Positions 57,128 to 64,000 of a stretch of 64,000 bases of DNA are shown here, piece by piece (the stretch's first letter is position 1; each line of letters begins with the position of its first letter). The notes below the pieces were generated by a model. The model had not been told where the DNA came from and searched no databases. It saw only the letters and a program-made list of their open reading frames with translations. The translations under genes were made by a program, and so were the position numbers. Location of the stretch: the IMG/VR virus record IMGVR_UViG_3300025450_000013. One strand, given 5' to 3'. The stretch comes from a virus.

Positions 57128-57624
57128 CAGTCTTTGGACTCCTCAAATGCTTTCTCTTCTTCCTGGTATTCTAGCCATATATCATACTCTGATTCCAACT
57201 CCATGGCAATATGCTCTGGTAGATGGTCGCGCCATTCATCATCGGAAAAATCATAATCATAACATTCATCAATACCATCGGAATACTCGCCGACAAAACA
57301 CATACCTTCCTCGCGGTAAGAGGCATCAACGGTGAAACCTAACTCTTCCATTTTCTTATAGAAAGCAATAGGCGGAGACCAGGCCGTATCAAAACCTAAC
57401 TCCAGTTCCTTATTAGTCTCCATGCCGATGAAACCGTTGGCAATATCCCATTTGGTTCCCCAATGCTCAATATGCCACTCGTACCAGTCATCCTTCTTAT
57501 CCTCAGGAAGAGGAACAAACTCTTGAAAAAACCTGTTTTCCTCAAATGCCGCTTTGGCACGGGAAATCATAGCCGGATCGTTATGTGATAGGGAGAGATT
57601 ATTAGAACACCAGTTAGGGCACAT
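57127..57624 (-). CDS. DUF1281/YubB-like ferredoxin-fold protein
   Basis: PNWCSN..WYEW..HWGTKWD..FDTAWSPP..EEGMCFVG. Confidence 0.78.
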   Translation of the reverse strand: MCPNWCSNNLSLSHNDPAMISRAKAAFEENRFFQEFVPLPEDKKDDWYEWHIEHWGTKWDIANGFIGMETNKELELGFDTAWSPPIAFYKKMEELGFTVDASYREEGMCFVGEYSDGIDECYDYDFSDDEWRDHLPEHIAMELESEYDIWLEYQEEEKAFEESKD

Positions 57625-57658
57625 AATGTATTCCTTTTTCAGTTTCATTTTATAACAT

Positions 57659-57704
57659 ATTATAGCACAAGGAATATACTGTGTAAATGCGACATATTGT
57701 CGCA
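57659..57704 (-). promoter_or_regulatory. Early promoter with palindrome (copy 4)
   Basis: TTTACA-17-TATAAT; TGCGACA-N3-TGTCGCA at 57688-57704 abuts the -35. Confidence 0.72.
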
Positions 57705-57831
57705 CCCTGTTTACATTTGTTTATGTTATTTCCAGCATAATCGGTTATTATGTCAAAAATAGCATAACCGATGTTTACATTAAAATGATCTATAAATGGG
57801 TCAGGAGACGGTCATATGATCTGTTTATAGA

Positions 57832-58095
57832 TCAATCCATATTACCGAAGTCATTGTTGAGGCGAGAAGGAGGAACGGAACCACCACCACTGGAGGAACT
57901 GGTGCTGGCATTAGGAAAGTTATGGTGTGTAGCATTTGATGAAGTAGAACCTTCACTCCATCCAGGATTTTCCCAAGAGAAGGCCGGTATCTTATGTACC
58001 GGCTCTCCACTTAGGGAATGGTATTGAGCATTAGCAACCGTGGAGAATACCACCATTGAGATCAAGATCAAATATTTCATCATACATCTCCTCAT
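57832..58095 (-). CDS. Secreted hypothetical protein
   Basis: Signal peptide, Ser-rich; start probably at MMKYL. Confidence 0.55.
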   Translation of the reverse strand: MRRCMMKYLILISMVVFSTVANAQYHSLSGEPVHKIPAFSWENPGWSEGSTSSNATHHNFPNASTSSSSGGGSVPPSRLNNDFGNMD

Positions 58096-59100
58096 TCATA
58101 TCAAGTTCTCCAAAAACTGGTCTGTCGCCGCTTCCCAAGAGAAATGTTTTGCTCTTTTTACGGCATCTTTTCTATCTAACATATGGGCACCAATAATGGC
58201 CTCTTCCAAGTCGTTATCATGTAATACACCAGAAACATTATGTTCAATAATATATTCATTCACATCATTACGGAAGGCAGCAACAGGAAGACCTGATGCC
58301 ATACCTTCTAACACAACCAATCCAAACGTATCAGTCAAAGAAGGCCAGGCAAATACATCATGCTTTCTCAACTCATTGGCAATCTCATACTTATTCTTTT
58401 TACCAAGAAAGTTCACATTAGGATACTTTGCTTTGTATTCTTCCAGTTGTGGTCCATCACCAATGAGTGTCTTGCGTATCCAACCATTCTTGATAGATAA
58501 AAATGCCTCAAGGTTCTTTTCAGCCGATATACGACCAACATAAACTGCCTTGATAGGACCATTCTTGTCCCGACTTTCTGGGTCAATACAAGGACTAAAC
58601 AAAGATGTATCTACTCCTCGTGTCCAGACCTTGGTTTTCTTTATACCGAGTTTAGCACAGTAATCAACCATGGCGGGGGTAGGTACCAAAATATTATGGC
58701 TGTTTCTATGAAACCAACGAAAATACTTGCCAGTAACTCTTGGTGAAATATAAGCATGTTCATACAAATAATCCGGAAACTTAGTATGGAAACTTGTAGT
58801 GTATTTTCGTTTTTGTTTTTTACAGGTGTATCTGGCGGCAAGTCCTATTGCTCCTTCTGTTGCGATGTGGACATGGTCAGCATCCCTCAAAGCCTCCTCA
58901 ACCAAACCAATAGGAAAAATAGGCATATAAATGCCAGTAGAAGGCTGTAGTGGTACAGTCAAACTATATTGGTCTGGCCCAATAATAGAAACTTCATAAC
59001 CTTTTTCTATCAAACATTTTTTCGTCATCTCAATAGTAGTTTTTACACCATTTATTTGCTTTTCACTTGAGGCATCGGAAAATATAACAATCTTAGTCAT
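58096..59100 (-). CDS. GT4 glycosyltransferase, Agt-like (diacylglycerol glycosyltransferase)
   Basis: Q.NGV.TT, HIATEG.IGL.AR, TTSFHTKFPDY, FRWFH, WTRGVD, VGRISAEKN, TDTFGLV.LE.MASG.PV. Confidence 0.82.
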   Translation of the reverse strand: MTKIVIFSDASSEKQINGVKTTIEMTKKCLIEKGYEVSIIGPDQYSLTVPLQPSTGIYMPIFPIGLVEEALRDADHVHIATEGAIGLAARYTCKKQKRKYTTSFHTKFPDYLYEHAYISPRVTGKYFRWFHRNSHNILVPTPAMVDYCAKLGIKKTKVWTRGVDTSLFSPCIDPESRDKNGPIKAVYVGRISAEKNLEAFLSIKNGWIRKTLIGDGPQLEEYKAKYPNVNFLGKKNKYEIANELRKHDVFAWPSLTDTFGLVVLEGMASGLPVAAFRNDVNEYIIEHNVSGVLHDNDLEEAIIGAHMLDRKDAVKRAKHFSWEAATDQFLENLI

Positions 59101-59708
59101 TTCTTTACTCTTCCTAATATCCATTCTTCACCTGGACATTCTTTTGATTGTTTGTTTTTTACACCATTATTCCACCACTTGAAACCTGCTCGGCGTCTAT
59201 TGGATTCAGCAACTACACTTGATAGTTTTTCTCGGTGTTCTTTTGATTGCCAAACATGATTACCAGAATCAGATAACTCTTTCTGTTTTTTCTCACTTCT
59301 TTTAGAAAAACTTTTTCTATTCTTTTCAGATTGTGCTGGATGTTTACCTTCTTTAGCCAACTTTTTTAGTCGGTTGCTATTTATTTCAGCAACCATAGAA
59401 ACAAAATCTGGGTCAAGAAAACGATGTTCTCCACTTTTTACCTTTTCCATTTCACGGAGAGAAGCAATCTCTGACTTTTCTTCTGGTGTAAGGGATACGT
59501 GTCCTGTAGTCAGCATTGCCCAACAAGAACCCCAATCACCCTGACTTTTATGGATGTTGTAGTGTTCTTGTGAAGTAACACATTTTAGGTTATCTATATT
59601 ATTATTTGTGTGGTCACCATCTATATGGTGAATGTGGTGTCCCTTTGGAATAGGACCGTGATGTTGTTCATAAATACGACGATAAATACGATTACGATAA
59701 ATAGTCAT
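59097..59708 (-). CDS. Free-standing HNH homing endonuclease
   Basis: Start MTIY; YRRIYEQHHGPIP..IHHIDGDHTNNNIDNL..EHY.IH; C-terminal WWNNG..P..W..GR. Confidence 0.87.
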   Translation of the reverse strand: MTIYRNRIYRRIYEQHHGPIPKGHHIHHIDGDHTNNNIDNLKCVTSQEHYNIHKSQGDWGSCWAMLTTGHVSLTPEEKSEIASLREMEKVKSGEHRFLDPDFVSMVAEINSNRLKKLAKEGKHPAQSEKNRKSFSKRSEKKQKELSDSGNHVWQSKEHREKLSSVVAESNRRRAGFKWWNNGVKNKQSKECPGEEWILGRVKK

Positions 59709-59777
59709 AGGCTGGTGCTCCCAAATAGCATTAGAGTCCGTAGGTGTTAGCGCACCGTGACGGACAGTCCTATTTAG
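59697..59777. repeat. Endonuclease-leader cassette copy D
   Basis: CTGGTGCT/AGCATTAG and GTCCGT.GGTG..CACC.GTG.ACGGAC between ATAAATAG and CTATTTAG. Confidence 0.87.
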
Positions 59778-59791
59778 TAAACCATCGTTTT

Positions 59792-60535
59792 TCATAGATA
59801 ACATATAATCTCAAACTCACCTGAGTAATGTTCCACTATTGCGGTACAGGACTCTACCCAATCACCGCAGTTTATGTATTGGACTCCTTGTATGTCTTTC
59901 ATAGCCGCTTGGTGGATGTGGCCACAAATAACGCCATCAGCGTGTCTTTTAGAAGCGGCATCAGCAACAACATTTTCATAATCTCCTATAAAGTTTACGG
60001 CTTCTTTTACGTGGTGCTTCGCCCACGCGGACAGGGAGAACCCAGGTATTCCTAAAGTTCTTGTTATCCATTGAATCTTACCATTCAGACCAATCATAGC
60101 ATCATACAACACTCCGCCGATATAGGCAAGCCACTTGGCGTTCATGGTAACAATATCAAACTGATCTCCATGTATAACAATATATTTCTTTCCATCTACA
60201 CCATAATGTATGGCCTCATCCACAAGTTGGATGTTTCCGAATACGATTCCAGAATGTTCTCTAAGGAACTCATCGTGGTTACCGGTCACATAGGTAACGG
60301 TAGCGGCCTTTTTGGATTGTTTGAGGAAGAACTGAATAACATTATTATGGGCCTGTGGCCAATAAACCTTTTTACGCATCATCCAACCGTCAATAATATC
60401 ACCTACAAGGTAATAATGGTCTGCTTCGGTTGATTTTAAAAAGTTTAGTAGGAGTTCTGCGTTTGAATATTTGGTTCCTAAATGTAGGTCCGAAATAAAA
60501 ATAGAACGGTACTTTACTCGGTCTTTATGTTTCAA
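59792..60535 (-). CDS. PlcP-like phospholipase C (LpxH/LpxH2-like metallophosphoesterase)
   Basis: FISDLHLG, LVGDIIDGW, WPQAHN.V.Q, GNHDE (His rather than the LpxH Arg), HGDQFD, CGHIH, NCGDWVESCTA. Confidence 0.8.
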   Translation of the reverse strand: MKHKDRVKYRSIFISDLHLGTKYSNAELLLNFLKSTEADHYYLVGDIIDGWMMRKKVYWPQAHNNVIQFFLKQSKKAATVTYVTGNHDEFLREHSGIVFGNIQLVDEAIHYGVDGKKYIVIHGDQFDIVTMNAKWLAYIGGVLYDAMIGLNGKIQWITRTLGIPGFSLSAWAKHHVKEAVNFIGDYENVVADAASKRHADGVICGHIHQAAMKDIQGVQYINCGDWVESCTAIVEHYSGEFEIICYL

Positions 60536-60581
60536 AACAACCTCTCTGGTTAGGAGACCTATTATTTATTGCTTTGCAACA

Positions 60582-61532
60582 TTAACCGTTTTGTGACGGT
60601 TTCATACTTTCCATAATATCATCTAAAGTATATTGTGGATAGTAACCTAATAGTTCTTTTAGTTTAGTGTTATCAGCAACAAGATAAGGAACGTCACCAT
60701 CTCGGCGTTCTTTATACTCTATTCTCATTTCACCATTATGTAATACGTCGTTGGCCTTATCAACAACCTCTTTCACAGAATAACCTTTACCAGAACCTAT
60801 ATTGAGGACGATGTTGGTATTATCCAAGAAGTTTATGTATTCATAGGCCGCGATATGTGTTCGGCAAATATCAATCACATGAACATAATCACGAATAGCA
60901 GTTCCGTCTACCGTAGGATAATCATCACCATATATTGTGGCAGTTTTATTCTTTGCCAATAGTGGAATCAGATGTGTTTCAGGATCATGTTCTTCATAGA
61001 GGTTGGCCTCTACGTTTCTACCGCAGGCATTGAAATATCTTAGGCGTGCCACATTCATATCGTTGACACCTTCAAGGATAGTTTCGCACATAGCCTTAGA
61101 CTTACCATAAACAGAAACAGGATTCATCGGTTGTGACTCCAACAAATGACCAAACATTTGACTTTTGGACTCACCATACACCGCAGCCGTAGATGAAAAG
61201 ATAAAGTTTCTTATCTTACATCTTTTTGCCATATCAATGGTGTTTAAGGTGGCTCCGATGTTGTTTCTATAATATGACCAAGGGTCTCTTTCCCCTTCTT
61301 CCACTGAGATATATGCTGCGAAATGGAAGAGGCAATCGACTTCTCCTCTTGAGAAATAAGCGGTGTTGAGAGAAAGATCAACACAGCTAAAAGCATCATA
61401 AAGATGCCGCAAATGCGGTCTAACATTTTTATCTACTCCTATGATAAAGCAATCCGGATAGGTTCGCTTTAGTTCATAGCACATATGACTGCCAATGTAA
61501 CCGTTACAGCCTGTGACTACAAATTTTTTCAT
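60582..61532 (-). CDS. galE: UDP-glucose 4-epimerase
   Basis: TG.NGYIGSH, FSSTAAVYG, YGKSK, LRYFN, ETHLIP, DGTAIRDYVHV. Confidence 0.9.
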   Translation of the reverse strand: MKKFVVTGCNGYIGSHMCYELKRTYPDCFIIGVDKNVRPHLRHLYDAFSCVDLSLNTAYFSRGEVDCLFHFAAYISVEEGERDPWSYYRNNIGATLNTIDMAKRCKIRNFIFSSTAAVYGESKSQMFGHLLESQPMNPVSVYGKSKAMCETILEGVNDMNVARLRYFNACGRNVEANLYEEHDPETHLIPLLAKNKTATIYGDDYPTVDGTAIRDYVHVIDICRTHIAAYEYINFLDNTNIVLNIGSGKGYSVKEVVDKANDVLHNGEMRIEYKERRDGDVPYLVADNTKLKELLGYYPQYTLDDIMESMKPSQNG

Positions 61533-62116
61533 TTGATTGCTATTAGTTTTAGAACCGCACCTCTTGCTGGTTCTGGGTTACGTTCATCATCTTCACGGTA
61601 AATCCCCGTGAATCCTGCTTCTTGTAAAAGATTAACCAATGACTTCTCACAGAAACCATTAATGTGGCCCATACCTGGTATTCTATATTCTTCTGGATGA
61701 CGCCAACCACCAAATAGATAGTCCATGGCATTCTCCCAAGGATCTTCATGTCTATTCAACCATTCAACATTAGCCTTTTCTTTCCAGTCACCGTGGACAA
61801 TACGTTCCATAATCCACATAACATCTGGGCAGGTGATCTCAAATGTACCACCTGGTTTTAGAATACGATGAATTTCTTTCAATACATCTGGAACCGCAAA
61901 GTGGAGCAAATGTTCTATAACATCTCCAAGATAAATTTTCTCTGCGGTGTTATCTTCATACGGATATGGAATGTTATGAAGGTCATGGACTTTTGTTGTG
62001 CTAGGCCATTGATGAATGTCCATACGATCTGTTGAATCTGGTTTAGGATGTGGTCCTGCACCAATGTCAAGAATAAATTTATCTGGTTTTTCTATTATGA
62101 GTTTAACTTCATCCAT
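61529..62116 (-). CDS. Class I SAM-dependent methyltransferase
   Basis: LDIGAG, VIEHL, RILKPGG. Confidence 0.82.
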   Translation of the reverse strand: MDEVKLIIEKPDKFILDIGAGPHPKPDSTDRMDIHQWPSTTKVHDLHNIPYPYEDNTAEKIYLGDVIEHLLHFAVPDVLKEIHRILKPGGTFEITCPDVMWIMERIVHGDWKEKANVEWLNRHEDPWENAMDYLFGGWRHPEEYRIPGMGHINGFCEKSLVNLLQEAGFTGIYREDDERNPEPARGAVLKLIAIK

Positions 62117-63086
62117 TTAGAGCATCCTTAATGCAAAGACGTAAACTGTCATTAACTTTCATCTGTGCTTCCCAACCAAGGAGTTCCTTGGCCTTTGTTA
62201 CATCAGGCACACGATGGCGAACATCATTAAGATATCCTGGTTTATGGTCAAAGGTCATAGCATAATCAAACTGACATCCAAACTCAGTGGTTGCGATAAC
62301 ACGGATTCTTCGTGCTAAGTCCTTCATGCTTATTGGTTCATAGTTGCCAAGATTAAAGGCCTGACCGTTTGTCTTAGCGGAGAATGAATGTGTAGCAATA
62401 GCCTCTGCTACCTCATCAATCCATGTGAAGCAACGGATCTGCTCACCATCACCAAGAATAGGAATATTATTGGAACGTTTGACTATAATCTCATGCATAA
62501 AGTCAGCAAATACGTGGGAAATACCTTGCTGACCTTCCGTTCGCTCATAAGGAGTTAGAACATTGAATGGACGCCAAATGGTATATTCAACACCATATTG
62601 CTTTTTAAAAGCAATCGACATCTTTTCACCAACAAACTTGGAAAGGCCATACTCGGTGTAAGGAGCAATCACCTGATCAACATCATCTTCCTTAACTGTA
62701 CCTTCACAGTTCTCATACACCATAGACGATGAGGTATAAACAACTTTGGAGACGCCGTGGTCTACTGCGGCCTTGAGGACGTTATTATGTAGTGCTAGGT
62801 CTTCACCGAGAATATCGGCACAATACTTATTAAATCCACCAACACCATAGATACGGGCGGCCGCCTGGATGATTAGGTCTGGTTGAACTGATTTGACAAG
62901 AGCATTTACCGATGGACGATCTGTAAGGTCGATTTTGCGGAACTCATAACCTTCACCAGCAATACCAAGACGCTCACCATAACGGCAAAGATTATCTGCA
63001 CCATACACAGCATGTTTATCTCGTAGCAGTTTAGGAATAACTGCCTGCATCAATGACCCTTCCGAGCCGCATACTAATACTTTCAT
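62109..63086 (-). CDS. NAD-dependent epimerase/dehydratase
   Basis: TSSSMVYE, YGLSK, RPFN, GDGEQIRCFT; degenerate Gly motif GSEGSL. Confidence 0.85.
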   Translation of the reverse strand: MKVLVCGSEGSLMQAVIPKLLRDKHAVYGADNLCRYGERLGIAGEGYEFRKIDLTDRPSVNALVKSVQPDLIIQAAARIYGVGGFNKYCADILGEDLALHNNVLKAAVDHGVSKVVYTSSSMVYENCEGTVKEDDVDQVIAPYTEYGLSKFVGEKMSIAFKKQYGVEYTIWRPFNVLTPYERTEGQQGISHVFADFMHEIIVKRSNNIPILGDGEQIRCFTWIDEVAEAIATHSFSAKTNGQAFNLGNYEPISMKDLARRIRVIATTEFGCQFDYAMTFDHKPGYLNDVRHRVPDVTKAKELLGWEAQMKVNDSLRLCIKDALNG

Positions 63087-64000
63087 TTAACATCTCCAAC
63101 TTTATAAATGCCTGTCTTACTTAGTTTACTTTCTGGATACATTTTCCAGAGGTCGGCAACAATACAATCTTTTCTAAACCAATCTAGAGGCCATTCTGAA
63201 TCCATACCTGTGTGTGGAGTCATTACAATAACCGCATCCACCTCTTGAGGTATCATCCATGTATCTGCTTTGATAAATGGATCCCACATATCTGATTCAA
63301 CACCATGCTTCTTACACACCTTACGCATTTTATATGAAAGACTGTTGCGTGTATCATCACAGTCCTTCTTGAATGTAGCACCTAGAATAAGGACCTTATC
63401 GATGTTCGGGTTGATATCCTTAATGCGATTAAACACATAATCTGGCATACCTTCATTAATAAGAAAGCTAGTGTTAATAAGATCGCCAAAGGGAATGTCA
63501 CTAAGCAAGAAACGGCCGTCTTTGAAGAGGCAAGGGCCTCCAACATTAGGACCTGGATGAGGCACATCCATTCTAGGATAATCATAGTTACATGCGTCAA
63601 TAACTTTGTCGATGTTGATGCCATGTTTCTCTCCAATCATCCACATTTCATTAGCAAAGGCAAAGGTTACATAACGATACATGTTAGTCATCAACTTACC
63701 AAGTTCCGCTTCTTTTGGTGAAAGGTGAAAAACTTTATTCTTGATAAAACTGTTAAAGAATAATGCGGCCTGTAAGTAAGACTCCTCACTAAAGGCACCG
63801 ACAATCTGCGGTAGTTTTGTTGTTTCAATAATAGAACGGCCTTGAACCACTCGTTCTGGGCAGAATACAAGATAATAATCTTCACCTTCTATCCAACCAT
63901 GGTTCTTCTCAATATGCTTACGAAGAACCTCTGTCGTACCAGGTGATACCGTAGAACGAAGGACAATCAACTGTCCTTTTCTCATGCGAGGAATAAGAGT
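63083..64000 (-). CDS. Nucleotide-sugar dehydrogenase (WecC/Ugd family), 5' end off window
   Basis: RSTVSPGTT, FCPERV, AELGKL, GPNVGGPCL.KD, LGATFK.DCDDTRNS; frame open to the window end. Confidence 0.88.
   Translation of the reverse strand, partial: TLIPRMRKGQLIVLRSTVSPGTTEVLRKHIEKNHGWIEGEDYYLVFCPERVVQGRSIIETTKLPQIVGAFSEESYLQAALFFNSFIKNKVFHLSPKEAELGKLMTNMYRYVTFAFANEMWMIGEKHGINIDKVIDACNYDYPRMDVPHPGPNVGGPCLFKDGRFLLSDIPFGDLINTSFLINEGMPDYVFNRIKDINPNIDKVLILGATFKKDCDDTRNSLSYKMRKVCKKHGVESDMWDPFIKADTWMIPQEVDAVIVMTPHTGMDSEWPLDWFRKDCIVADLWKMYPESKLSKTGIYKVGDVK

Noticed and set aside
218-60433. All plus-strand ORFs in the supplied track
   Set aside because: They lie antisense to well-supported minus-strand genes, lack RBSs and recognisable motifs, and read as shadow frames.
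59792-60535. Annotation as lipid A enzyme LpxH
   Set aside because: The GNHD motif and linkage to an Agt-like GT4 favour PlcP; not fully excluded without a tree.
1-64000. Stop-codon reassignment, CRISPR array, integrase or reverse-transcriptase system
   Set aside because: Core genes are full length in the standard code with all three stops used, and no such arrays or enzyme motifs were seen.

Overview
A 64-kb segment of a large T4-like (myovirus-type) dsDNA phage genome, with essentially every real gene on the minus strand. Core genes: phoH (partial), denV-like glycosylase, rnh, glutaredoxin, class II nrdJ, thyX, primase gp61, helicase gp41, uvsX and DNA polymerase gp43. Accessory content includes a block of probable internal virion proteins, many 2OG-Fe(II) oxygenases, a halogenase, a sulfotransferase/APS kinase pair, Dps/Bfd/ClpP, six cell-wall enzymes and a nucleotide-sugar cluster. 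The secreted L,D-transpeptidase, RlpA and operator-like motifs suggest an alphaproteobacterial (Hyphomicrobiales-like) host; this is inference. Main observations: (1) A ~78-bp structured cassette occurs four times. It has terminal inverted repeats built from late-promoter motifs and two covarying inner hairpins, and it supplies the promoter, RBS and first codons of three free-standing homing endonucleases of two unrelated families, plus one truncated relic. (2) A probable -1 frameshift at a stop codon joins two virion-protein genes. (3) A plcP-agt-like phospholipid-to-glycolipid remodelling pair is split by an HNH gene. (4) An atypical tRNA-Gly is missed by the ORF track. (5) TGCGACA-N3-TGTCGCA operators sit at fixed spacing from early promoters, and there is a PhaR-like box. 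All calls come from reading the sequence by eye; no database searches were run.
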